Both the position numbers and the translations under genes were made by a program. Under the pieces are notes generated by a model. It had not been told where the DNA came from, searched no databases, and worked only from the letters and a program-made list of their open reading frames with translations. 64,000 nucleotides of DNA from assembly GCA_049317385.1 (NCBI GenBank), contig JBMOIJ010000011.1, forward strand, positions 2,580 through 66,579, read 5' to 3'. Each line of letters opens with the position of its first letter. The first letter of the stretch is position 1. This DNA comes from Acidimicrobiia bacterium. GTDB taxonomy: Bacteria > Actinomycetota > Acidimicrobiia > IMCC26256 > JBMOIJ01. This document shows, in pieces, positions 11,167 to 20,481 of this stretch.

Positions 11167-11307
11167 TCGGCTGCCGCCCGGCGCTCGCGCGCTGAGCGTC
11201 CGTTGGTGGCGAGCAGGTCACGCTACGTGGTCATGCCGCCGAAGTTGCTCTACGACTCGTCCCGTTATCTGCCGACACCGTTGTTCATGTTGCTGGTGAT
11301 TCCTACG

Positions 11308-12531
11308 ATGCTCCGGTTGCTTCTTCGACGACTCCTCCCCATGCTGGTCGCGGTCGGCTCCATCGCCGCCACCGCCGTAGCCGTCCCCGCGCTCGCCGAG
11401 CGCGCCGACGCGCGTCCCATGGCGGGCAACGACCAGCGCATCGCTGACCTGCAAGGGCTCGTCGACGAGACCACCCAGGACCAGGCCGACGCGCTGAAGC
11501 AGTACCTCGAGGTGAAGGGGCGCAAAGACGCCGCCGACGCCCGGGTTGCCGATGCTGCCGGTCGCACTGCTGCGGCCGCAGCGGTGCTGCAGAACGCGCA
11601 GCTGCAGGTGAACACCGCGAACCAGAAGATCGCCGACACCGAGCGCAAGATCGCCCGCAACGAGACCGAGCGCAAGAGCGCGGCGGCCACGTTCAAGGCC
11701 GCGGCGATTCGCCGGTACATCAACGCGTGGTCGGGTCAGCCGGGCCCGGTCAGCCGCGAGGAGATTCCCGACTACACGCAGCGAGCCGTCGGCGACCGGT
11801 ACCTGAGGGCCGTAGCCGCGAAGGAAGACCGGGAAGTGCAGCGGTTCCTCCAACTCATCGAGGACGGCAAGCAAGAGCGCGCCCGCCTCGACTCCCAGCG
11901 GGTGCAACTGAAGGTTGCCCAGGACCGGGCTGCGGAAGAAGCCGGTCGGGTGCGGGCGATCCAGGTCGAAGAGGAAGCGGCGCGTGCCGTGGTGGCGCAA
12001 GAAGCGCTCGCCGAGAAGCGCGTGGTCGATTCTCTCAGTGCAAAGAAGGCGTCGTACGAGAGCGAGTTGCGCGCGCTCGAGGCGTCGTCGAACGCAATCC
12101 GCAACCAGCTCTCGTCGGGATCTCGCGGGATTTCCGTCGCCAAGGGCAGCGGGCAGTTCCGGCGGCCCGTCGACGGCCCCATCACCAGCCTGTTCGGACC
12201 TCGCATGCATCCCATCTTCAAGGTGGTGAAGATCCACTCCGGGATCGACTTCGGCGTTGCAACCGGTACCCCCATTCGGGCGGCGGGAAACGGCACATGT
12301 GTGTTCAACGGCGTGATGAGCGGCTACGGGAACGTGGTCGTCGTCGATCACGGCGGTGGGCTCGCCACCTTGTATGCGCACCAGAGCCGCACTGCGTGTG
12401 CATCGGGCACGCGCGTCTCGGCGGGTCAGGTCATCGGGTACGTGGGGAGCACCGGCAACTCCACGGGCCCGCACCTGCACTTCGAGGTGCGTGCGAACGG
12501 CACGCCCGTCGACCCCATCCCGTACCTCTAG
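11308..12531 (+). CDS. secreted coiled-coil M23 peptidase (EnvC/PcsB-like partner of FtsEX)
   Basis: Signal peptide MLRLLLRRLLPMLVAVG..ALA, a long Ala/Gln/Arg-rich coiled coil, and a C-terminal LytM domain HSGIDF...GNVVVVDHGGG..T.YAHQS...GSTGNSTGPHLHFEV. The start is uncertain (the ORF is open from 11203). Confidence 0.85.
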   Translation: MLRLLLRRLLPMLVAVGSIAATAVAVPALAERADARPMAGNDQRIADLQGLVDETTQDQADALKQYLEVKGRKDAADARVADAAGRTAAAAAVLQNAQLQVNTANQKIADTERKIARNETERKSAAATFKAAAIRRYINAWSGQPGPVSREEIPDYTQRAVGDRYLRAVAAKEDREVQRFLQLIEDGKQERARLDSQRVQLKVAQDRAAEEAGRVRAIQVEEEAARAVVAQEALAEKRVVDSLSAKKASYESELRALEASSNAIRNQLSSGSRGISVAKGSGQFRRPVDGPITSLFGPRMHPIFKVVKIHSGIDFGVATGTPIRAAGNGTCVFNGVMSGYGNVVVVDHGGGLATLYAHQSRTACASGTRVSAGQVIGYVGSTGNSTGPHLHFEVRANGTPVDPIPYL

Positions 12532-12545
12532 TCCGGGCAATGCAA

Positions 12546-12569
12546 AGGCGGGCGCCGGAGCGCCCGCCT
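12546..12569. terminator. bidirectional GC hairpin AGGCGGGCGC-CGGA-GCGCCCGCCT
   Basis: Perfect 10-bp stem with a 4-nt loop, centred in the 59-nt spacer between the convergent M23 peptidase and peroxiredoxin genes. Confidence 0.55.
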
Positions 12570-12590
12570 GCATCCCGAATCGCTCGCCGG

Positions 12591-13226
12591 TTACTTGTTG
12601 GGCTGGGGCACGATGCGCAGGTACGGCTTCACCGCGTTCCACCCGTCGGGGAACTTCACCTTCGCGTCCTCGTCGGAGACCGCGGCAGCGATGATGACAT
12701 CGTCGCCGTCCTTCCAGTTGACCGGAGTGGCCACCGAGTAGTTCGCAGTGAGCTGCAACGAGTCGATGACGCGCAGGATCTCGTCGATGTTGCGACCGGT
12801 GGAAGCCGGGTAGGTGAGGATGAGCTTCACCTTCTGGTCGGGGCCCACGATGAACACCGAGCGCACGGTCTGGGTGTCGTTCGCGTTCGGGTGGATCATG
12901 TCGTAGAGGCCGGCCACGGTGTGGTCGGGGTCGGCGATGAGCGGGTAGTTGAGCGCGGTGCCCTGGGTTTCTTCGATGTCGCCGATCCAGTCGCGGTGGC
13001 TCTCGATGGGGTCGATGGAGACCCCAATGAGTTTCACGTTGCGCTGGTCGAACTCGGCCTTGCGCTTGGCGAACGCGCCGAGCTCGGTGGTGCAGACCGG
13101 TGTGAAGTCACGCGGATGCGAGAACAGGATGCCCCAGCCGTCGCCGAGGTACTCGTGGAAGTTCACCGTGCCGTCGGTGGTTTCGGCGGTGAAGTTGGGG
13201 GCTTCGTCGCCCAGCCGGATTGCCAT
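12591..13226 (-). CDS. 1-Cys peroxiredoxin (Prx6 type)
   Basis: LGDEAPNF, then WGILFSHPRDFTPVCTTEL containing the peroxidatic Cys. 211 aa. Confidence 0.95.
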   Translation of the reverse strand: MAIRLGDEAPNFTAETTDGTVNFHEYLGDGWGILFSHPRDFTPVCTTELGAFAKRKAEFDQRNVKLIGVSIDPIESHRDWIGDIEETQGTALNYPLIADPDHTVAGLYDMIHPNANDTQTVRSVFIVGPDQKVKLILTYPASTGRNIDEILRVIDSLQLTANYSVATPVNWKDGDDVIIAAAVSDEDAKVKFPDGWNAVKPYLRIVPQPNK

Positions 13227-13339
13227 GAATGCAGCTCCTGAATCGTGAGGAACGAGGGTCGACGGGCACGGTACCGAGTCCGGCCGTGAAAGTCGAGCAA
13301 AACAGTCGGGTTTTCCGGTGGCTCGTACGATCGGCCCTG

Positions 13340-14629
13340 ATGGCCCCTCGCCGCGTTCTTCCCGACCTCGCTCCGCTGCGCCAGTCCCGCGACTTCCGGC
13401 TGCTCTGGACGGGGCTGTTGGTGTCGGAGTCGGGCTCCCAGATCACCACCGTGGCGATCTTCCTGCAGGTCTACGCCCTCACCCAGTCGTCGGCCGCGGT
13501 GGGTCTGGTCGGCGTGGCGCAGGTCGTCCCCATTGCGCTGGCCGCCATTGTGGGCGGTCCCCACATCGATGCCCGGGACCGCCGACGCATCCTGCTCGCG
13601 GCGCTCGGCGCCCAGATCGTGGGCTCGGCGGTCCTCTTCGCGGCGGCTGCGTCGGGCTCGCCGCCCCTCGTGCTGGTGTACGCCGCGGCGGCCGTCGGGG
13701 CCGGTGGGAGCGGCCTGGGCCTGGCCACGCGGGCTTCGATCACCCCCACGTTGTTCCCCGCCGACCAGCTGCCCAAGGCGCTGGTGCTGAACCAGGCGGC
13801 GTGGAACACGTGCCTCATCGTGGGACCGGCGCTGGGCGGCGTCATCGTGGCCCGGTTCGGGTTCGCGTGGGCGTACGGCGTCGACGTGGCGTCGTTCAGC
13901 GTGGCGATCATGGCGGCGCTCCTGATGGCGCCCAAGCGTCCCGACGGGCCGGCCCCCGAGGGCTCGGGGTGGCGGCGGTTCACCGAGGGCATCGCGTACC
14001 TGCGTGGCCGGCCGGTGCTGTGGACGGTGTTCGTGGTCGACCTCGTCGCCATGATCTTCGGCATGCCGCGGGCCGTGTTCCCCGAGCTGGCTGCCACGCA
14101 GTTCGGTGTCGCGGGCCGCGACGCGGCGCAACTCGTGGGCCTGTTGTTCTCGGCGCTGGCGGTGGGAGCGCTCCTGGGGGCACTCACCGCCGGATGGGTG
14201 GGACGGGTGCGCCGCCAAGGGCGCGCGGTGCTGATCGCCGTGGCGATCTGGGGTGGCGCCATTGCGTGTGTGCCGCTCACGCGTTCGTGGGTCGTCCTCG
14301 CAGTCCTGTTGTTGGCGGTGGCGGGTGGTGCCGACGTCATTTCCGCGGTCTTCCGCGGAACCATCTTGCAGACCAACATTCCCGACACGTTGCGGGGTCG
14401 GATGTCAGCGGTGAACACGATGGTCGTTATCGGTGGCCCGCGTCTGGGTGACGCCGAGGCCGGTTTGGTGGCGGCGTTCACGTCGCCGGGTGTGGCGGTG
14501 GCAACGGGAGGCATTGCGTGTGTTGTGGGTGTCGGAGTCCTCGCCCTTGCAGTTCCGGCGTTCGCGCGCTACGTCGCGCCGCCGGTTGTCGATTCCGATC
14601 CGGTTGACGGAGGACCCCCCGACGCGTGA
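13340..14629 (+). CDS. MFS transporter (EntS-like)
   Basis: About 12 hydrophobic segments and an N-terminal LRQSRDFRLLWTGLLVSESGSQ typical of the EntS/MFS_3 group. ATG 13340 is in frame with ORF 13229..14629. Confidence 0.85.
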   Translation: MAPRRVLPDLAPLRQSRDFRLLWTGLLVSESGSQITTVAIFLQVYALTQSSAAVGLVGVAQVVPIALAAIVGGPHIDARDRRRILLAALGAQIVGSAVLFAAAASGSPPLVLVYAAAAVGAGGSGLGLATRASITPTLFPADQLPKALVLNQAAWNTCLIVGPALGGVIVARFGFAWAYGVDVASFSVAIMAALLMAPKRPDGPAPEGSGWRRFTEGIAYLRGRPVLWTVFVVDLVAMIFGMPRAVFPELAATQFGVAGRDAAQLVGLLFSALAVGALLGALTAGWVGRVRRQGRAVLIAVAIWGGAIACVPLTRSWVVLAVLLLAVAGGADVISAVFRGTILQTNIPDTLRGRMSAVNTMVVIGGPRLGDAEAGLVAAFTSPGVAVATGGIACVVGVGVLALAVPAFARYVAPPVVDSDPVDGGPPDA

Positions 14630-14666
14630 ATGTTTACGCCGGCGGCCAGGGTGTGGGGGGGTTCCG

Positions 14667-15068
14667 TTGGGTTCGAGATTCGGCATACGAGCGGGTGATC
14701 GGGTCGCCATCGTTGCGGCACCACGGGACTCGTCGCTCGCGCCCGCCGAACTCCCCGACGACGTTACTGTGCGCGATTCCGCTCGTGGTCGCAACGACGT
14801 CATCGTGTTCTATGCGGCGCGGCGCAACGAACTCGCGCGTCGCATCGGAGGGTTCGCGCGTTCGCTCGACGACGACGGCCAGTTGTGGATCGCGTGGCCG
14901 CGTCGCAACTCGGGGGTCATCACCGATCTCACCGAACGCGAAATTCGTGACATCGGTGCGCATGCCGGGTTGGTCGACAACAAGGTGAGCGCCATCAATG
15001 ACGCGTGGTCGGGGGTGCGGTTCGTGCACCCGTCATCGAACGGTAAGGGCGGCCACCGCGCCCGTTGA
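14667..15068 (+). CDS. DUF3052-family protein
   Basis: GIRAGDRVAIV...VIVFYAARRNEL...LWIAWPRRNSGVITDLTEREIRDIG...LVDNKVSAINDAWSG. Only a TTG (14667) is available as a start downstream of the MFS stop, so the start is uncertain. Confidence 0.6.
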   Translation: MGSRFGIRAGDRVAIVAAPRDSSLAPAELPDDVTVRDSARGRNDVIVFYAARRNELARRIGGFARSLDDDGQLWIAWPRRNSGVITDLTEREIRDIGAHAGLVDNKVSAINDAWSGVRFVHPSSNGKGGHRAR

Positions 15069-15112
15069 GTGCGGTGCGCACACTGTGGCAGGCGCGCCGT
15101 CCTTGCGTCGCT

Positions 15113-15988
15113 TCACTTCTCCGCTTCGAGCTCGCGTTTCACTTCCTGGAGTTCGGCCTTTGTCTCGTCGCTGACGGTTGGGTACTGCGGGTTCATCGCT
15201 TCGAGGGTCTCGACGATGATCGATGCCACTGCGGTGCGGGCGTACCACTTGCGGTTGGCGGGGATGCAAAACCATGGCGCATGTTTGGTGCTAGTGGCGT
15301 TCAGCGCCTGTTCGAACGCTCGTTGGTAGTCGTCCCAGTGTTTGCGCTCCTCGAAGTCGGCGGGTGACGCCTTCCAATTCTTGCGCTCGTCGTCGATGCG
15401 GGCGATGAGCCGCTCACGCTGCTCGTCCCTCGAGATGTGCAGCATGAACTTGATCATGGTGGTGCCGTTGCGCCGGAGGTGGCGTTCCCAGTCGTTGATG
15501 CTCTCGTAGCGCTGAGTCCAGAACTTGGGGTCGTCGGCCGGAAGCGACGGGTGTTGTGGAGCCAACAGTTCGGGGTGCACGCGCGTGATGATGACGTCTT
15601 CGTAGTGCGAGCGATTGAAGATGCCGATCTCACCGCGACGGGGGAGCGCACGTTGGCAGCGCCACAAGAAGTCATGGGCGAGTTCTTCGTGTGAGGGCTG
15701 CTTGAACGACGCAACACGCGTGCCGGCCGGGTTCAAGCCGGACATCACGTGGCGGATGGTGCCGTCCTTGCCGGCGGCGTCGAGTCCTTGGAACACGACC
15801 AGGAGCGACCGTGCGCCTTCCCCGTAGAGGCGGCTCTGCAGCACGTCCATGCGCGCAATGAGCTCGTCTCGCATGTCGACCGTGGGCTCCTTGTCGAACC
15901 CGTTGGTGTGGCCGGGGTCGACGGCGCGGAGCTCGAACGACCCGGCGTCGACGCGATGTCTGGCACTGAAGTCCAGGGTTTGGGCCAT
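15113..15988 (-). CDS. ppk2: polyphosphate kinase 2 family protein
   Basis: Walker A FQGLDAAGKDGTI, then FLWRCQRALPRRGEIGIFNRSHYEDV. 291 aa. Confidence 0.9.
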   Translation of the reverse strand: MAQTLDFSARHRVDAGSFELRAVDPGHTNGFDKEPTVDMRDELIARMDVLQSRLYGEGARSLLVVFQGLDAAGKDGTIRHVMSGLNPAGTRVASFKQPSHEELAHDFLWRCQRALPRRGEIGIFNRSHYEDVIITRVHPELLAPQHPSLPADDPKFWTQRYESINDWERHLRRNGTTMIKFMLHISRDEQRERLIARIDDERKNWKASPADFEERKHWDDYQRAFEQALNATSTKHAPWFCIPANRKWYARTAVASIIVETLEAMNPQYPTVSDETKAELQEVKRELEAEK

Positions 15989-16038
15989 GGGGGAACGCTA
16001 GGCGCTCCGCGTGACGGGCCGTGACTAGCGTCGAGTCC

Positions 16039-16770
16039 GTGTGTGGACGGTTCGTCGCGGCAACGCCGCCTCAGATGTTGGCCAAGCAGTTCGCCGTCGA
16101 CGTGGTGCGGGAGGTGAGCGACCAACCCGACTTCAACGTGGCGCCGCGCCGCGTCATCTCGGTGGTGCGGGAGTCGGTCGACGACGCGGGTGCATTGGTG
16201 CGGGTGCTCCAGGGTATGCGGTGGGGGTTGGTGCCCAGTTGGGCCAAGGACCTGAGCGTTGGTGATCGCATGATCAACGCGCGCTCCGAGACCCTGGCGG
16301 AGAAACCGTCTTACAAACGTGCGTTCGCGACGCGGCGCTGCATCATTCCCGCCGACGCGTTCTACGAGTGGCAGAAGCTGCCCGGACAGTCGCGAAAGCA
16401 GCCCATGTGCATCCGGCGACGCGACGGGCAACCTATGGCGTTTGCAGGACTCTACGAACGGTGGCGCGATCCCGACGCTCCTGAAGACGCGGAGTCCCTC
16501 ATGAGCACCACCATCATCACGGGCCCGCCGAACGAGTTGGTGGCGCCCATCCACGACCGCATGCCGGTGGCGCTTCCCGAGGCTGCCTGGGGCGAGTGGC
16601 TGGACCCCAACGACCACGACCTCCACGCGGTGCAGTCGCTGTTGGTCCCGCCGCCGGCCGGTGACTTCGAGGCCTATCCGGTGAGCACGCGGGTGAACGC
16701 AGTGCGCGACCACGATGCCGGGCTCGTTGAACCGTTGCCCGATGACCCACAGGCCACGTTGTTGGGTTGA
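16039..16770 (+). CDS. SOS-response-associated peptidase (SRAP/YedK, abasic-site DNA-protein crosslink enzyme)
   Basis: Starts (M)CGRF directly after GTG 16039, then MRWGLVPSW, INARSETL and FYEW. The family requires Cys2, so I prefer 16039 over ORF start 16021. Confidence 0.85.
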   Translation: MCGRFVAATPPQMLAKQFAVDVVREVSDQPDFNVAPRRVISVVRESVDDAGALVRVLQGMRWGLVPSWAKDLSVGDRMINARSETLAEKPSYKRAFATRRCIIPADAFYEWQKLPGQSRKQPMCIRRRDGQPMAFAGLYERWRDPDAPEDAESLMSTTIITGPPNELVAPIHDRMPVALPEAAWGEWLDPNDHDLHAVQSLLVPPPAGDFEAYPVSTRVNAVRDHDAGLVEPLPDDPQATLLG

Positions 16771-16771
16771 G

Positions 16772-17596
16772 CTACTTGGTGTGTTCGGCGCGGGGCGGTA
16801 CGTGGAACGGGCGCAGGATCGTGCTCTGGCTGGCCACTGCAAGCAATGTTCCGTCTTGCGACCACAAGAACACGTCGCCGCATCCGAAGCCGTCGGCCAC
16901 GGCGTGGATGCGAACGTCGGCGAGCACCCATTCCGCGTCGGGCTGGCGATGGGCGACGCGGATGGTGTTGTCGAGGCTGTTGCCGCCGACGGGAAGCCCG
17001 AGGGTCTGACCGATGCCGAACGGCACGTAGTCGCCGAGCACCGCAAGGGTGGCGGCGTTCACTTCGAGATCGGGGAGCTGCACCCACAGTGCCGCCCGTC
17101 CATCGCCGGGCGTGCCGTCGAGTGACGGAAGGTCGCGCGCATTGGCGCGTCGCGTGTCCAGGCGTGATGCGATGGTGCCGGTGAACTGTTCGCTGAGTTC
17201 GCGAGGCGGGCAGTCGTGGGGGGCGGGAACGGGGGGCATGGTGTCCCAGGTTCCGCTCCACGGTTCGTCGCGCGCGCCCGATGCGGCGTTGACGGTGAAG
17301 ATTTCTTCGCCACCCACCCGGCCCACGACGCGGGACTGTGAAGTACGGAATCCGCGCACCGACTCGATGATGTCGAGCGTCACTTCGGAATCGAGGCGTG
17401 CGTAGGAAAGGAACTGTGCGGTGGCCCACACGACGGGTCGGCCGGTGGTGGCTTCGAGCGCCAGGATCGCGGCCCCGAGGCCGGCGCCACCGAAGAGCGC
17501 GCCAATGGTCGAACACAACCCGTTGCTGACACGAAACGACCACCGGTGGGGGTCGTCGGAGGGTTCGAGCCCGAAGAAGTCGAGCGTGGCAGTCAC
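16772..17596 (-). CDS. acyl-CoA thioesterase II-like (double hot-dog) protein
   Basis: 274 aa. Has the TesB-like layout of two hot-dog halves (GGAGLGAAILA... and ...LADVRIHAVADGFG). The family call is based on pattern only. Confidence 0.7.
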   Translation of the reverse strand: MTATLDFFGLEPSDDPHRWSFRVSNGLCSTIGALFGGAGLGAAILALEATTGRPVVWATAQFLSYARLDSEVTLDIIESVRGFRTSQSRVVGRVGGEEIFTVNAASGARDEPWSGTWDTMPPVPAPHDCPPRELSEQFTGTIASRLDTRRANARDLPSLDGTPGDGRAALWVQLPDLEVNAATLAVLGDYVPFGIGQTLGLPVGGNSLDNTIRVAHRQPDAEWVLADVRIHAVADGFGCGDVFLWSQDGTLLAVASQSTILRPFHVPPRAEHTK

Positions 17597-17619
17597 GGGG
17601 TCGCAGCCTAGAGGCGCGC

Positions 17620-18816
17620 TTACCAGAACGCAGCTTCCTTGACGGTTTCGAGCGCGGCGCGCATGCGGTGCAGCGCCACCGTCAGTTCATCGAGCTTCGG
17701 TGGTTTCGGAGTGCCGTCGTCTTCGGCTTCATCGGCCTCACTCGGTGCTGCTTCGGAAGCGACATGAGTGTCCGTCGAATTGGCGGGATCGGGCTCGTCG
17801 ACGACGTCGGTCTCGTCGTATCCCTCGGTCATCGACGGCCGCGCCTTGATCGTTGCCATCGCGGCTGCGGTTGCGACCGGTCGGACCCGCGCGTCCACCA
17901 CAACAACGTCGTCGGTGGTTGCGTCGACGGATGGCGTTGCGTCGGGAACCGGTGGCACCGCCATTGCGAACGCATAAGGCTCGGGGTCGGCGACCGGGGT
18001 CGCGGGCCGGCGCAACAGCGCGCGTCGGTCTTCGACTTCGTGGAGGAGGTTGTCGGCGGCGATCCAGAGTTCACCGATGGCGCCGAGCCATTCGCCGAGC
18101 ATCTCGCCGTGCAGGCTTTCGCGCAGCAGGATTGAGTCGGCGCACAGGTAGTGCTCCCAGACCCGCTGGCCGGACCATTCCGGATCCACTTCCCACGGGT
18201 CGTCGAGCTCGACGTCGTGGTAGCCGGCGATTCGGGCCGATGATCGGGCCTGTGACTCCACGGCCCGCATGGCGGCGGCGTGGATCGCGCGTTCGCGCGC
18301 CTCGGCGCTGAGGCCGCCGGTGCGATGGCTGCGTTCGTCGGAGAGCAAGCGAGCGATTCCGAGCCAGTCGTCGGTGTGGTCGAGCGGTTCCGATTCGGTG
18401 AGCGCCATGATCGTGTCGGCAACACTCGGATACGTCTGCTGCATGAGCATGCGGAACTCGCGTCGGCGGCGCATCGCCCGGGCGGCTTCGATCGCGGCCT
18501 CTGACGGACCGTTCTGCGAGACGTTGGCCGCGCGTGCTGCGGCTGCGGCGCGCAGGTTGGCTTCGCGTGCCGGGTCTTCGCGTGGTGCATCGTCGGGCGC
18601 ATTGGTGCGGGGGTGCACTTCGGTGTGCGATGCGTCTTCGATCGGCGCGTCGTCGACCACGACTGCGTCGATGATGGGCGAGTGCTCGGCGACGACGCGT
18701 TGGGGGCCATCGGGCGACGAGTCGGGGCTCCGTCCCACTACGGCGTTGACGATTCTGACGAGGCGGCGGCGTCGCGACGGACGCGCGCGGGCAGAAAAAT
18801 CATCCATGATGGCCAT
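17620..18816 (-). CDS. hypothetical protein (Ala/Asp/Arg-rich, no recognised domain)
   Basis: Long ORF with coding-like GC3 bias. Start taken at MAIMDDF (ATG 18816). It lies 23 nt upstream of the thioesterase gene on the same strand. Confidence 0.55.
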   Translation of the reverse strand: MAIMDDFSARARPSRRRRLVRIVNAVVGRSPDSSPDGPQRVVAEHSPIIDAVVVDDAPIEDASHTEVHPRTNAPDDAPREDPAREANLRAAAAARAANVSQNGPSEAAIEAARAMRRRREFRMLMQQTYPSVADTIMALTESEPLDHTDDWLGIARLLSDERSHRTGGLSAEARERAIHAAAMRAVESQARSSARIAGYHDVELDDPWEVDPEWSGQRVWEHYLCADSILLRESLHGEMLGEWLGAIGELWIAADNLLHEVEDRRALLRRPATPVADPEPYAFAMAVPPVPDATPSVDATTDDVVVVDARVRPVATAAAMATIKARPSMTEGYDETDVVDEPDPANSTDTHVASEAAPSEADEAEDDGTPKPPKLDELTVALHRMRAALETVKEAAFW

Positions 18817-18906
18817 CCGGGGGCAACTATCGGCCTTGCCGCGCGAAACCTGTAGCGGAGATTTGCGGAATCGCGCGATTTCCTGGATTCCCCAGGCGGA
18901 GTGCAC

Positions 18907-20418
18907 TCAGCGCGGGTCGCGGCGGGTGACGGGCCCAACTCCGGTGAGGATCGTTCCGGTCAACGTGCGGTCGGCATGGCGAAGTCGCCACGACAGCATT
19001 CGTTGGGCGTATTCGAGGGTCTTGGGGGACGTGTGGGCCACGTTGTGGAGCTGCTCGGGGTCGGCGTCCAGATCGAAGAAGATCGGTTCCTGGGCGGCGA
19101 AGTGCACGTACTTGCCGTGACGGTCGCGAATGACGGCGATCGCGCACTCTTCCATCGTGATGCCAAATGCGTCCTCGGCCATGTGGGCAACCGGGTCGCG
19201 GAAGTCCCACTCCCAATGCACGGCGTCGCGCCAGCGCCCGGGGGTGTGGCCGTGGACCCATGGCAGGACCGATGTGCCGTCGCACTGGAGCGGCACTTCG
19301 TGACCGATCCATTCCAGGATGGTTGGCATCACGTCGATGTTCTCGGTGAATTCGTCGATGACGGTGCCTCGGGTTCCGTTCGCCGCCGCACGCGGGTCGT
19401 GCACGATGAGCGGCACGTGGTAGCTGGAGTCCCACCAGCCGAGTTTCTGCAACAACCAGTGATCACCGAGCATTTCGCCGTGGTCGCTGGTGACGACGAT
19501 GAGCGTGTCGTCGAGGACGCCCGCGGTTTCGAGTTGGTCCAAGAGTCGGCCGACCTGCGCGTCGACTTCGCTCACCATGCCGTAGTACGTGGCGCGCAGC
19601 TGCCGGAGTTCGCGCTCGTCGTCACCGATGGTGATTTCGGGGACGGACAGGATCACACCGAGCCCGGGGTGTTGTTCGGCTTCGGTGGCGCGAGTGGCCG
19701 CGCGCACGGGCATGGGGACGTCGGCCGGGTCGTACTGGTCGTGGTACGGCGCCGGGGCCACGAACGGGGGGTGCGGTCGGATGAACGCCACGTGGGCAAA
19801 CCACTCGCCTTCTTGGCGGTGTAGCCATTCGCCGAACCGCTCCACCGCGAACGCGGCTTCGGAGTGCTCGGCGGCGTATCGCGTGGGGGCCCAGCTGGAT
19901 GCGTGGTCGGCGGCGCCGGGGTACCACCGATCGGGCTCGTAGATGTCGCGCACGTTCGCTGGCACGTCGTATCCGTGCTCGGCGAGCCATGCGCCCCACG
20001 GTTCGAGCGTCTCGACCAACAGCAGTTCGGGGCGAAAGCCGGGGAGCACCCCTTCGTACGTGGTGAGGCGCGGGTCGCCGGCTGCCACGGTGCGCGGGTC
20101 GACGGACGTGTCGGTGTACCCGAACAGCACCGGGTCGTAGCCGGCGGCGCGGGCTTCGAGCGCCACGTTGGTGAAGCGGGCGTCGAGCGGGGTGCCGTTC
20201 AGTACGGACCGGTGGTTCATTCCGTACATCCCCGTGTGCAGAGATGCACGGCTGGGTCCGCACGGCGCCATTTGCACGTAGTGCGACGCGAAGGTGGTGC
20301 TGCGAGCGGCCAGGCGGTCGAGGTTGGGGGTCTGGATGGGCGTGCGCCCCGCGGCCAGGATTCCCAGTGCATCGGCTCGCCATTGGTCGAGCGTGACGAA
20401 GAGGACATTGCCCGGCAT
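18907..20418 (-). CDS. sulfatase (Cys-type formylglycine arylsulfatase family)
   Basis: MPGNVLFVTLDQWRAD, the FGly motif APCGPSRASLHTG, and SDHGEMLGDH. ATG 20418 gives 503 aa. The rest of the 885-aa ORF upstream is antisense to the next gene. Confidence 0.9.
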   Translation of the reverse strand: MPGNVLFVTLDQWRADALGILAAGRTPIQTPNLDRLAARSTTFASHYVQMAPCGPSRASLHTGMYGMNHRSVLNGTPLDARFTNVALEARAAGYDPVLFGYTDTSVDPRTVAAGDPRLTTYEGVLPGFRPELLLVETLEPWGAWLAEHGYDVPANVRDIYEPDRWYPGAADHASSWAPTRYAAEHSEAAFAVERFGEWLHRQEGEWFAHVAFIRPHPPFVAPAPYHDQYDPADVPMPVRAATRATEAEQHPGLGVILSVPEITIGDDERELRQLRATYYGMVSEVDAQVGRLLDQLETAGVLDDTLIVVTSDHGEMLGDHWLLQKLGWWDSSYHVPLIVHDPRAAANGTRGTVIDEFTENIDVMPTILEWIGHEVPLQCDGTSVLPWVHGHTPGRWRDAVHWEWDFRDPVAHMAEDAFGITMEECAIAVIRDRHGKYVHFAAQEPIFFDLDADPEQLHNVAHTSPKTLEYAQRMLSWRLRHADRTLTGTILTGVGPVTRRDPR

Positions 20419-20481
20419 CGCTGTCACAGTACGGGAACGTTCGCTGCGGTGGGGGCGTTGGCATCGGTGAGGAGGTGAGCG

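Noticed and set aside
11167-11307. c-di-AMP (ydaO-type) or other riboswitch upstream of the M23 cell-wall hydrolase gene
   Set aside because: I could find no conserved ydaO core motifs or convincing pseudoknotted structure by eye. The region may partly be coding if the gene starts at 11203.
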